From the NCBI GenBank assembly GCA_964016885.1, contig OZ024740.1, positions 329,282,001-329,346,000 of the forward strand: 64,000 bases of DNA. The letters run 5' to 3'. The translations under genes and the position numbers were made by a program. Below, in pieces: positions 46,901 through 59,445 of this stretch. The stretch comes from Eledone cirrhosa. Taxonomy: Eukaryota. The notes beneath the pieces are model-generated. The model did no database searches, was not told the origin of the DNA, and was given only the letters and a program-made list of their open reading frames with translations. The number at the start of each line of letters is the position of its first letter. Position 1 is the first letter of the stretch.

Positions 46901-47589
46901 ACTTAGGCACATGATTATGCCTATATGTATGTGTATGTGTGTTTAAGTGTTTGTTTCTTTTGTATTAGAGTTCTTGTTTCTATTCGTTCGGTTCTAAAAC
47001 TTGTTTCTGTATATGTATTTTATGATAGCAGTTCACCAATAGGATGTCGATAAAAGAAACACAAGATATAAATATGCACTTTGATCGATATTGTCATTGA
47101 AAACATGGCGATTGCAGCCCAAAATTACAGTAGTCAACGTTTGAATCGAAAACAAATATAATTTATGAACTCTTTAATTATTTAATACGACGTTTAAGCT
47201 ATGTGCTGTATTTAATAACTACATTTGCTGTATTTTATTTTGAAGAGAGAATTATAAGTTTTACATTCACAGGAACCCAGAATTTTAAGATAGCATTAGA
47301 AGAGTAGGACGCATATTCAGTCGCTCCCGGCTTTATTATTTGATATTTTATCTATTGTACTCATGACATCACTTCGAACAATGGATTTAAATATAAGCAC
47401 TAAGCTTCAAAATTGTATAGTAGTTTATATTACCACATTACTAGACAGTTAATTTCTAATATTTACTATGGAAGCCTCTCAACGTTGTCCTCGATGTATT
47501 TGTACCCTGAACGTAGGAAATCATGAGTAAATACAGAAATGCATACTGCCAATCCAATATGCAGTGTATATTCTGATAATAATGATTTT

Positions 47590-48520
47590 TCGGGTGGTGA
47601 ACTCGTAGTATCTGTAAGGCGTCAGACAAAATGCTTGGTGGTATTTAGTTACGGCTAATACCACGGAGGTAATCGTTTCCGTTCATCATTACGGGGTCGA
47701 TAAAATGAATTAGCAGTAACACATTAGAATTGATTTAATCGATTTTTTCTTTCCCTTCAAAGTACTTGGCTTGTGCCAAATCTAGAAACAATAATAATGA
47801 TTTTTAATGTAGACACAAGCAGAACAATTTCTGGGAATGGAAAATATGATTACATATAACCTGTACATAACTGGTACTTACTTTATCGATGGATCGATGG
47901 GTAGGAACACTGTGTTTATTTGTACCGAAAATCTTGATGGCTGACAGAGTAGTACAGAAAATGGCTCTGAGTTATGCAGAAGGCCAACAATTTCTTGGAG
48001 GAAGGAAGTCGATTACATCGACCCCTGTGCCTCACTGGTATTTTATTCTATCAACCCCGTAAGGAGGAAAGGCAAAGCTAACATCGGTAGGATTTCAACA
48101 CAGAGCGTAAATGGTTGGATTTCTATGCAGCAAAGTATATTGCCGACGCTATACGGATACAGCAAATCAACCACCCTAACTGTAAAATAGATAATAATTC
48201 ATATTTTCGTTCGTTTAGGTTCTGAATCAAATACTCCTGATTTTACACTTTTTTCTCCCATCTGGAGTCCATAAAAATATTATTTCAAACATTAGAATCG
48301 ATATAATTGACTGACCTAATCATTTACTTTTTTATATTTGTATCGTTATTAGAAAAGCAAAATAAGTGATGTTAGAGCTGTGCATTGCCAAAGTCGTTTG
48401 ATCACTGGAAAAGTATGACTTTCACTTTGTTTCAAAATCCGAATAGCACAGAAGTCAGATTTGTCTTATTTCCAGGATCAATGACATAAAGTACCAATCA
48501 AGTAATGGAATCGACTGTTA
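47590..48520. mobile_element. cluster of old diverged copies of the main SINE superfamily
   Basis: GGGGTCGATAAAATG / CTGGTACTTA / GAAAGGCAAAG motifs at ~47590-47790(+), ~47980-48175(-) and ~48430-48520(+). Confidence 0.65.
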
Positions 48521-49428
48521 GCCTCGAAATAACATTTCTATGAACATATAAGCATTTCCTGCCCAGAAAACATGATTTCTAATTATAGTTTTCGTTCAAT
48601 TATTAATTATTAATAAGGGTCTATTGTTGTCTCCCCACCCCCTTCACAGCATAATCCTAAGCTATTTTGAATATATGTTGCCTTCCCAGAAAAAAGAAAC
48701 AGATTTTCATTTTTGTCGTTAATATATAGTTGTTTGTATTAATTTCCATTTATTATTTAGTATGAAATTTTGTAATCCTACAGTAGATATATTATGATAG
48801 TTGTTTTGTTGCAAATAGTTTTACCGCCAAGTATGTTTTTTTTATGGTTTACTCTAGATACGTCATAGTTTTGGTTTTATTGTCTTGTCTTTATAAATCA
48901 TTCAGCGCTCAGTCGAGAATGTTAGAATTATAACTTATTAATGAAATGATTTATTGCATAGGTGAGGTGTAGAAGGAAATCTTGTAATTGTTTCGTAGTC
49001 GCAACGGATATAATGTTAAATGTGTATGCCCGCAGAATAGCGTGATACACACGCACACGTATATTTATCTATACACACATACACACAAACACACACACAT
49101 ACATACACACACACACACAGACTCACATATATATATACATATATATTAGTATTGGTACTCTGAAATAGCGATGTATACATGAACGTACGTATAGTATATT
49201 TGACAATATACTATATGTATAATTAAAAACATTTTGGAGACCATTCGCTATAAGAATCCAGCTTCTATAAGGGAAGTATGTGGTCTTGATAAATGCCAAC
49301 AGACTGCCGATTACTCTCCCTTTGTTTTTGCCGAAATAATTAAGTGATATAGTCATTACTTTAAAACGCATAGCGAATGTTTTTAATTAAATATACACCA
49401 TATTGACAAATATACTATACATACATTA

Positions 49429-49537
<109 letters not shown>

Positions 49538-50409
49538 CATATTTACACATATACATATATATAAATGCCTATTTACACACACACACACGCATATACATAT
49601 ATATATATGTAAATGCATAAATATATGTATTTGAATTTTGTATTTTTAAAGAAATACGGGACGTTTATAAATATACACTTAGAAAGCCGTAGCTATGCAA
49701 AAACGCCGGCAGCAATCCCCACCTGGCGGTATCCAGCAGAAGCAAGGGGAACAATCGTCGACGCCTTTCGAACCGAAGGATGGCCCACCCACTGGAGAGA
49801 ATATATAACTTTCTCGTCGGTGTAAATGAGGTGATTAATCTCATTTGCATATGAAGCTGTATTAGTTGGCTCAACTTAGAATAGAATTAATATATATATA
49901 TATAATCAATAATAATGAGTTCAAATCTCAGGCGATCATTTACAATGAAATAGCTCGAAGGAAGATTATTTCTGAGCCGTGTAATATAGGTTAACACAAA
50001 TCAATATATTTGATAAACACAAATATCCTCATATTTATGTTTGTATTGTAAATGACTAAGTTAGCTAGATAGAAATATACTAATAATAATAATATTACAG
50101 TTTGCCTATCATGACTTAAGATGATAAATCAACAAAAACAAATTGTATTGGCAATGACTGTAGTGCTTGGACAAATGTAAATTTCAAAATCAAACCTGTT
50201 CCGTAGACAGGTTTAAACCTTAAAATCCAAATATGTTTCGAATAAAGAAAAAGTGGAAGAAAATACCGCATTTTGATCTCCTCAGCAAGCACTATAAAAA
50301 TTGGGATGTTCCACTTCAAAATATTTAGGAAGACTGTTTAGCGCACGAGGTTACCTCATGCGGTTATCCAGTGTCTAGCTAGCCTCATACTCATGCTGCT
50401 AGAAATAAC

Positions 50410-50580
50410 TGTTTCTACTTTTGACACAAGGCCAGCAATTACCCAGTGCATTACTGGTACTTTATTTTATCGACCCCGTAAGGATGAAAGGCAAAGTCAA
50501 CCTCGGCGGGATTTGAACTCAGATCGTAAAGGGACATAACTATGCTGGAAAGCATGGCGTCTGACCCTCTACCGATACTG
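50410..50580 (-). mobile_element. young SINE inserted into the left arm of the 555-bp element
   Basis: Family match; the mirror arm has the empty site CGGCTGTTATTTCTAGCAGC (~50965-50984). Confidence 0.92.
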
Positions 50581-51084
50581 TAACAGCCGTTTGTATGGGG
50601 CTAAAATCAGCTCAACGAAGGAGCAGTGAAAAATCAATAATAATGAGTTGAAATCTCAGGCGATCATTTACAATGAAATTGCTCGAAGGAAGATTATTTC
50701 TGAGCCGTGTAATATAGGTTAACACAAATCACTGTAATATTATTAGTATATTTCTATCTAGCTAACTTGGTCATTTACAATACAAACATAAATATGAGGA
50801 TATTTGTGTTTATCAAATATATTGATTTGTGTTAACCTATATTACACGGCTCAGAAATAATCTTCCTTCGAGCTATTTCATTGTAAATGATCGCCTGAGA
50901 TTTGAACTCATTATTATTGATTTTTCACTGCTCCTTCGTTGAGCTGATTTTAGCCCCATACAAACGGCTGTTATTTCTAGCAGCACGAGTATGAGGCTAG
51001 CTAGACACTGGATAACCGCATGAGGTAACCTCGTGCGCTAAACAGTCTTCCTAAATATTTTGAAGTGGAACATACCAATTTTTT

Positions 51085-51217
51085 TAGTGCTTGCTGAGGA
51101 GATCAAAATGCGGTATTTTCTTCCACTTTTTCATTATTCGAAACATATTGGATTTTAAGGTTTAAACCTGTCTACGGAACAGGTTTGATTTTGAAATTTA
51201 AATTTGTCCAAGCACTA
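51085..51217 (+). ncRNA. type I hammerhead ribozyme with long stem III
   Basis: TAGTGCTTG-CTGAGGA-GA..TC-GAAA-CA[long hairpin AAACCTGT/ACAGGTTT]TG-TC-CAAGCACTA; 9-bp stem I. Confidence 0.75.
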
Positions 51218-51403
51218 CGGCCATTGCTAATAAAATTTGTTTTTGTTGATTTATGATGTATTATCTTAAGTCATGATAGGCAAACTGTAATATTGTTATT
51301 ATTAGTATATTTCTATCTAGCTAACTTGGTCATTTACAATACAAACATAAATATGAGGATATTTGTGTTTATCAAATATATTGATTTGTGGTAACATATA
51401 TAT

Positions 51404-51501
<98 letters not shown>

Positions 51502-52195
51502 GTTATTCCGGGTTGAATCGGAGGTAACCACAGTAAGTAAGGTATTCAATACATTGCAGAGTATAAAAGTTTTAACATAGATGAGATTCTACAGGACTAG
51601 AACTGTTTCATTCTTTAGAAATCATCATGGGTATCAAAAAATAAATATGGTATTTATAGGCCTCTACAAGTGGTAGGAGAGGGTGGGGAGTGGGATGGGT
51701 GTATGTCATTGGTTGATAGAAAAGGAATTCATTAAAAGCTAATTCTACAAAGCTATAGTTTAATTTTATTAATTTTTGTTTTTAGTAGACAGAATTCTAT
51801 AAACAGGTTCCGGATGGCATTCCATTCCTTGTCATTAAGTTTCTCTTAAGCTAACAGATGTCTATAAGATCAGTGGGGGGTCAGTCATGGTAGATAGAAT
51901 TAAAGGAAAGAGAGATTCTTTAAAAGCTAAATTCATTAAGGTTCTACTAAGTGACAAAGGTTTAGAGAATTCTGTAGACAGATTCAAAATACTGAGTGCA
52001 TATCTTACAATTATCTTCGAACTTCTCTTAAACTAATCAACTATATGCCAAAAATCAAAAGACACATTCACAAAAAAACACACTCACTCACACACTGGCG
52101 CGCAACCATAAACACACATACACATAGACATATACTCACATAAAATCACACACACATATATAAATATATTTATATATATATATACACACACATAT

Positions 52196-52240
<45 letters not shown>

Positions 52241-52353
52241 TACATATATATATACACACACACACACACATATACACATATATATACACTCACACACATA
52301 CATACATACACACAAATATACATGTGTATACAAATACATACATATACACATAC

Positions 52354-52394
<41 letters not shown>

Positions 52395-52454
52395 ATAGAT
52401 ACATACATATACACACATATATATATATATACATATACACACACATACACACAA

Positions 52455-52501
<47 letters not shown>

Positions 52502-52601
52502 AACAAATATATACATATACATACACACACACACACACATACACATACATATATATATACACACACACACACACATATACACATATATAAGGAAAAAGCA
52601 C

Positions 52602-52665
<64 letters not shown>

Positions 52666-53023
52666 TACACATATATATATATATATACAAATATACATAT
52701 ACACATATATATACACATACACATACACAATATATATACACATATATACATATACACACACACACACACACACACATACATACACACATACACACATACA
52801 TGCATACATACATATACACACATACACACAAATATATACACATACAAATAAATAAGTACTCAATAAATATACGCATATATGCAGGCACATAAAAACACCT
52901 CTACAGGCAGAAAATGTAGATAGGAAAGAGGTACTCACATAATCATAGTGGCCGTATTTCAGGTTGAGGAGGGGTGGCGGTAGGGTGGGAAGGAGGTATC
53001 GGGCCAATAGGGGGAGGTCGTTT

Positions 53024-53688
53024 TTAGCCATCGGGCTTTAACACTGGGTTAAAGTGTTTGAAATTTGCAAAGTTCTTGTGCATGCAGTTCGGGCAGTGTT
53101 CAGAGAGTTTGTTCAGTAGCGGGCCCTTGGCGAATAAAATTTCGTAGCTCTCTGAAATACAAAGGTCGCAGCCCTTGTGTCCTCCGTTGTAAGAGCGCGC
53201 TTCCTGGAGTATTTTCCCTTTAAGCGTGACGGGGGTGGAGTTCCTTTTGAGGTCCCAAACGTAGGAGGCGAGTGTTGTCTGATTTGATTTGTCCGGTCTT
53301 CTGAAGGAGTGGGTTTGGGCATACCAACGGGTCTTAAAGTTGTTGGAGGTCATGCCGATGTAAGTTTTTTTGCAATCCTCGGTGCCTGAGATGACATCGC
53401 ATTTGTATACGATATCATTTGTGAGGCATTTGTTTTCAAGTGGGCATGCTTCCTTATTTAGGCAATTACATAGAGCCCCAGTCCGGGGATTGGGTTCGGA
53501 GGTGGTTGGCTTATTTAATTTTTTAGAATTGTGGTTGGCTATATTCCTAGCTAGGTTAGGTGTGGTGGAGTAAGACAGTCTTATTGTGTTCTTATTAAAG
53601 ATGGTGTGGTACCTATGTTGTATGGGGAAGTGTAATTTCAGCATAGTGAAGAAAATCCTAGCTATCGGAGTAGATACCTCTCTATTGA
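53024..53688 (-). pseudogene. PLE GIY-YIG endonuclease domain, open but 5'-truncated (no RT)
   Basis: HFP..HRYHTIFNKNTIRLSYSTTPNL..CNCLNKEACPLENKCL..IVYKC..TYIGMTSNNFKTR..TTLASYVWDLK..CDLCISE..LLNK.SE..CMHK. Confidence 0.93.
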
Positions 53689-54142
53689 AAGCGCGCTCTT
53701 ACAACGGAGGACACAAGGGCTGCGACCTTTGTATTTCAGAGAGCTACGAAATTTTATTCGCCAAGGGCCCGCTACTGAACAAACTCTCTGAACACTGCCC
53801 GAACTGCATGCACAAGAACTTTGCAACTTTCAAACACTTTAAGCCAGTGTTAAAGCCCGATGGCTAAAAACGACCTCCCCCTATTGGCCCCTATACCTCC
53901 TTCCCACCCTACCCCCACCCCTCCTCAACCTGAAATACTGCCACTATGGTTATGTGAGTACCTCTTTCCTATCTACATTTTCTGCCTGTAGAGGTGTTTT
54001 TATGTGCCTGCGTATATGCGTATATTTATTGAGTACTTATTTATTTGTATGTGTATATATTTGTGTGTATGTGTGTATATGTATGTGTATGTATATATAT
54101 ATATCTATGTGTGTATATGTGTTTTATGTGTGTATATTTATG

Positions 54143-54191
<49 letters not shown>

Positions 54192-54258
54192 ATATATGTG
54201 TATGTATGTGTATGTGTATGTATATATGTATATATATATATATATGTGTATGTGTGTA

Positions 54259-54306
<48 letters not shown>

Positions 54307-54334
54307 CAGGTGTGTATATATATATGTATATATA

Positions 54335-54385
<51 letters not shown>

Positions 54386-54442
54386 CGTGAGAGAGAGTGT
54401 GTGTATATATATTTGTGTGTGTGTGTGTGTATGTGTGTATGC

Positions 54443-54482
<40 letters not shown>

Positions 54483-54561
54483 TTGTGTGTATATATGCGT
54501 ATATATGTTTGTATATATGTGTATATTTATGTATATGTCTGTGTATGTATGTGTATATATG

Positions 54562-54592
<31 letters not shown>

Positions 54593-54876
54593 GCATGTGT
54601 ATGTGTGTGTGTGTCTGTGTGTATATATGTGTATATGTGTGTGTGTGTATATATGTGTGTGTATATGTATGTATGTATATGTATATATGTGTATGTTTAT
54701 ATATATATATATATATATATGTGTATATGTATATATGTATATATATTTGTATATGTATGTATGTATGTATGTGTGTATGTGTGTATGTATGTGTGTGTGT
54801 GTGTGTGTGTATATGTATATATGTGTATATATATTGTGTGTGTGTGTATGTGTATATATATGTGTATATGTATATT

Positions 54877-54948
<72 letters not shown>

Positions 54949-55052
54949 GTGCTTTTTCCTTTTATATGTGTATATGTGTGTGTGTGTGTGTATATATATA
55001 TGTATGTGTATGTGTATGTGTGTGTGTATGTATATGTATATATTTGTTTATG

Positions 55053-55087
<35 letters not shown>

Positions 55088-55289
55088 GTGTGTTTGTGTG
55101 TATGTGTGTGTATATGTTTATATATTAATATATGTGTGTATATGTATGTATTATATATATATATATATATATGTATGTGTACATGTATGTATTTGTATAC
55201 ACACGTATATTTGTGTGTATGTATGTATGTGTGTGAGTGTATATATATGTGTATATATGTGTGTGTGTGTGTGTATATATATGTATGTA

Positions 55290-55338
<49 letters not shown>

Positions 55339-55904
55339 ATATATATATATATAAATATATTTATATATGTGTGTGTGTTTTTATGTGTGTATATGTGTAT
55401 GTGTATGTGTGTTTATGGTTGCGCGCCAGTGTGTGAGTGAGTGTGTTATTTTGTGAATGTGTCTGTTGATTTTTGGCATATAGTTGATTAGTTTAAGAGA
55501 AGTTCGAAGATAATTGTAAGATATGCCCTCAGTATTTTGAATCTGTCTACAGAATTCTCTAAACCTTTGTCACTTAGTAGAACCTTAATGAACTTAGCTT
55601 TTAAAGAATCTCCCTTTCCTTTAATTCTATCTACCATGACTGACCCCCCACTGATCTTATAGACATCTGTTAGCTTAAGAGAAACTTAATGACAAGGAAT
55701 GGTATGCCATCCGGAACCTGTTTATAGAATTCTGTCTGCCTTTGTTACTAAAAACAAAAATTAATAAAAATAAACTATAGCTTTGTAGAATTAGCTTTTA
55801 ATGAATTCCTTTTCTATCAACCAATGATCTACACCCATCCCACTCCCCACCCTCTCCTACCACTTGTAGAGACCTATAAATACCATATTTATTTTTTGAT
55901 ACCC

Positions 55905-55955
55905 AGATTCCTGATGAATTCTAGAGAATGAAACAGTTCTAGTCCTGTAGAATCT
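55905..55955 (+). ncRNA. canonical type I hammerhead ribozyme
   Basis: AGATTC-CTGATGA-ATTC(TAGA)GAAT-GAAA-CAG(TTCTAGTC)CTG-TA-GAATCT: all three stems are perfect; GUA cleavage triplet. Confidence 0.9.
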
Positions 55956-55957
55956 CA

Positions 55958-56043
<86 letters not shown>

Positions 56044-56088
56044 TTGTTTATTGGCAACATGACCCTCCCAAAGTCCTGTAGAATCTCA

Positions 56089-56180
<92 letters not shown>

Positions 56181-56213
56181 TTGTTTATTGGCAACATGAC
56201 CCTCCCAAAGTAT

Positions 56214-56281
<68 letters not shown>

Positions 56282-56286
<5 letters not shown>

Positions 56287-58737
56287 AACCAGTAAGACCC
56301 CGACAGCTGAGCTCAAGCCGTTTCGACGGCTAATTCTGGACTAAATGAACATTTATCCTGGTATTTAAATAGCCGATCTTCTCAAGGGGTAATTCCATAT
56401 ATGGTCAAGGTGATTGTCAAAAATCAGTAGTAATTCTGTGGTTGCAAATTAGTAGGGGAGATGGTGGCTAAACCTGCCAGTAGGAGAAAGAGGGGAGGGG
56501 GTGGAGTAGACCCAATCAAGCGTTGGTAGTGCCAGCTACAGCTGGGCATGAGGTCAAAGAAGATACAGGGGAGGGGGAGGGGGAGGAAGTCGGAACGGTA
56601 GGTAGAACAATGGGGGGTAGAAATAGGAAAGAAAAAATACTGAGAGTGAAGGAAAGCAAATAAGTGTAAAGAAAAAATTAAATTCTACGACCTAGGTGTC
56701 AGGCTATTGTTAGGCGAGAATAAAATAAAGAAAGAAAGAAAGAAGTAAATAAATAAATAAATAAATAAATAAGGAAATAAGTATAGAACTAGGTGGGACG
56801 AATTAGGCAAGGACCCTTTTAAGAGGTATAAGTACGTAAATGATACGGTGACTGGTCAACAAAAGGGGCCAAAATACTAAAGAGACTACCACGAAATAAA
56901 CAATAAAGGTTTCCATCCCGGGCCAGCAACGACCCAGTGCAGCAAAGTGAACTTGTACGACATAATAATTCTGAGTCCCGAGAAAAATATATACTAATGC
57001 TAACTCTAAAAGATCTAAAACAAGCTACATGAAAGTTCGTACGAAATAAAGGTAGAATACGGAGAAATAAGTTCAGAATCCACCCCGCCCAGAAGAAAAG
57101 CGAAGCAAGAAATACTGAAACGAAAAAAATAAGGCACAAGTGCCACTAAGAAATATAGAGGGCACAGAGAATAGTGGGAGCGGTCGGAAAAGGGGGGCAA
57201 GTATCCGGGGTCTAAGCCAACTGCTATAAAGGGCGGAGTCCGCCAAATCTATCAAAGACTAGGGGAGGGGGGAGTGGGGGTACTAAGGCTACATGGGGCC
57301 AAAGGGCAGCCTCGGGTGGGCGAGAAAAGACGCCGACAAAGGAGAAGAGCTGGGGTAGAAGGGCAAAGGAGAGAGGGGGGAAGGAAATAAAGGATGCGAT
57401 AAATGAATACAAAGAAGATCTTACGTCTTCCTTGGCAAGCAGGGGTTACCCATTGCAAAATCGGCAACACCCCAGTTGCCGATTTTGCAATGGGTAACCC
57501 CTGCTTGCCAAGGAAGACGTAAGATCTTCTTTGTATTCATTTATCGCATCCTTTATTTCCTTCCCCCCTCTCTCCTTTGCCCTTCTACCCCAGCTCTTCT
57601 CCTTTGTCGGCGTCTTTTCTCGCCCACCCGAGGCTGCCCTTTGGCCCCATGTAGCCTTAGTACCCCCACTCCCCCCTCCCCTAGTCTTTGATAGATTTGG
57701 CGGACTCCGCCCTTTATAGCAGTTGGCTTAGACCCCGGATACTTGCCCCCCTTTTCCGACCGCTCCCACTATTCTCTGTGCCCTCTATATTTCTTAGTGG
57801 CACTTGTGCCTTATTTTTTTCGTTTCAGTATTTCTTGCTTCGCTTTTCTTCTGGGCGGGGTGGATTCTGAACTTATTTCTCCGTATTCTACCTTTATTTC
57901 GTACGAACTTTCATGTAGCTTGTTTTAGATCTTTTAGAGTTAGCATTAGTATATATTTTTCTCGGGACTCAGAATTATTATGTCGTACAAGTTCACTTTG
58001 CTGCACTGGGTCGTTGCTGGCCCGGGATGGAAACCTTTATTGTTTATTTCGTGGTAGTCTCTTTAGTATTTTGGCCCCTTTTGTTGACCAGTCACCGTAT
58101 CATTTACGTACTTATACCTCTTAAAAGGGTCCTTGCCTAATTCGTCCCACCTAGTTCTATACTTATTTCCTTATTTATTTATTTATTTATTTATTTACTT
58201 CTTTCTTTCTTTCTTTATTTTATTCTCGCCTAACAATAGCCTGACACCTAGGTCGTAGAATTTAATTTTTTCTTTACACTTATTTGCTTTCCTTCACTCT
58301 CAGTATTTTTTCTTTCCTATTTCTACCCCCCATTGTTCTACCTACCGTTCCGACTTCCTCCCCCTCCCCCTCCCCTGTATCTTCTTTGACCTCATGCCCA
58401 GCTGTAGCTGGCACTACCAACGCTTGATTGGGTCTACTCCACCCCCTCCCCTCTTTCTCCTACTGGCAGGTTTAGCCACCATCTCCCCTACTAATTTGCA
58501 ACCACAGAATTACTACTGATTTTTGACAATCACCTTGACCATATATGGAATTACCCCTTGAGAAGATCGGCTATTTAAATACCAGGATAAATGTTCATTT
58601 AGTCCAGAATTAGCCGTCGAAACGGCTTGAGCTCAGCTGTCGGGGTCTTACTGGTTCCTATTACCCACTCTACTACCTCAAGTATTGAGTACTTTGGTGC
58701 GTTATGGTCCACCTGGTTCCTTACCACATTTCCTTCG

Positions 58738-58739
<2 letters not shown>
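56282..58739. mobile_element. apparently perfect 2.38-kb palindrome (1187-bp arms, 6-bp spacer ACCCCA) of a non-coding PLE 3' end, with 78-nt extra tail
   Basis: 56282-57468 mirrors 57475-58661; the ORF track gives identical peptides on both strands; TA tracts on both flanks. Confidence 0.9.
58553..58646 (+). ncRNA. hammerhead ribozyme with U3:A8 core variant (mirror copy 56297-56390, - strand)
   Basis: ACCCC-TTGAGAA-GA(T)CGGCTA..TAGCCGTC-GAAA-CGGC(TTGAGCTCA)GCTG-TC-GGGGT. Confidence 0.8.
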
Positions 58740-58793
<54 letters not shown>

Positions 58794-58814
58794 GGAGATA
58801 GAGGAGAAATTGTG

Positions 58815-58930
58815 AGGGCGCGTGGCAAGTTGTTAGAGAATTGGATTCGCAATCGTGAGGTTGAGTGTTCGATTCCCAGACCAGGTGATGCGGTCTCTTT
58901 GGGCAAGACACTTTATTTCACGTTGCTCTT
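58815..58930 (+). mobile_element. tRNA-derived CORE-like SINE
   Basis: GGCGCGTGGC..GTTAG A-box, GTTCGATTCCC B-box, TTGGGCAAGACACTT core-like motif. Confidence 0.75.
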
Positions 58931-59071
58931 TTTACCTGGATTTGCGACCGATATATAGTATTAGCCATTGGAAAAACCAACAGAATCATGAATTCCTCTT
59001 GCCGATTTGACGAAAGTCGATCGACAGATATATATATCGATTGACAGATATATATATATATGTCGATTGAC

Positions 59072-59131
<60 letters not shown>

Positions 59132-59445
59132 ATTAGCAGTAGCGATAACACAGCGTTATTGAGATTATAGTTGTCTATGAAAGCATTTACAATATATTAA
59201 TCATTAGTCACTTATCATGATTATAACATAAATCTTCTTCTTCCCTTCGCTCTTCCTCTACAACCCTACTTATATAGGTTAAGAGGTTGAGGAGACATTC
59301 CGTGGACATCTTCAACAGATTTATCATAATTGTGTTAATAATGTAATTTTTATTAATATCATTGTTCTTACTAATATTATATATGTCACTGTCCTTATTA
59401 TCTGAACAAATTACAATATTTTATATTTTTTACCATTTAAATCCA

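Larger units (their letters stand above)
49904..51390. mobile_element. ~555-bp hammerhead-containing unit as two inverted partial tandems, TA-flanked
   Basis: 49904-50730 (1.2 units plus SINE) is mirrored by 50732-51388 (1.2 units); hammerheads at 50161-50294(-) and 51085-51217(+). Confidence 0.85.
51501..55965 (-). mobile_element. 5'-truncated PLE with long inverted duplication of its 3' part (arms ~51577-53202 / 53689-55965)
   Basis: The GIY-YIG C-terminus, the TA/CA-rich 3' UTR and the pLTR are present in both orientations. The left arm has 76 extra nt. TA tracts lie outside both ends. Confidence 0.92.

Noticed and set aside
49755-49825. Minus-strand CCGACGA...GAAA motif
   Set aside because: Stem I does not pair; at best a degenerate remnant.
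52084-55440. Long ORFs (315, 463, 466 aa) and all similar YI/CV/HT/SL/ER-rich ORFs
   Set aside because: Translations of dinucleotide microsatellites, which lack stop codons.
56819-58124. Mirror-image ORF pairs in the large palindrome
   Set aside because: Short, low-complexity, no recognisable domain; symmetry simply reflects the palindrome.
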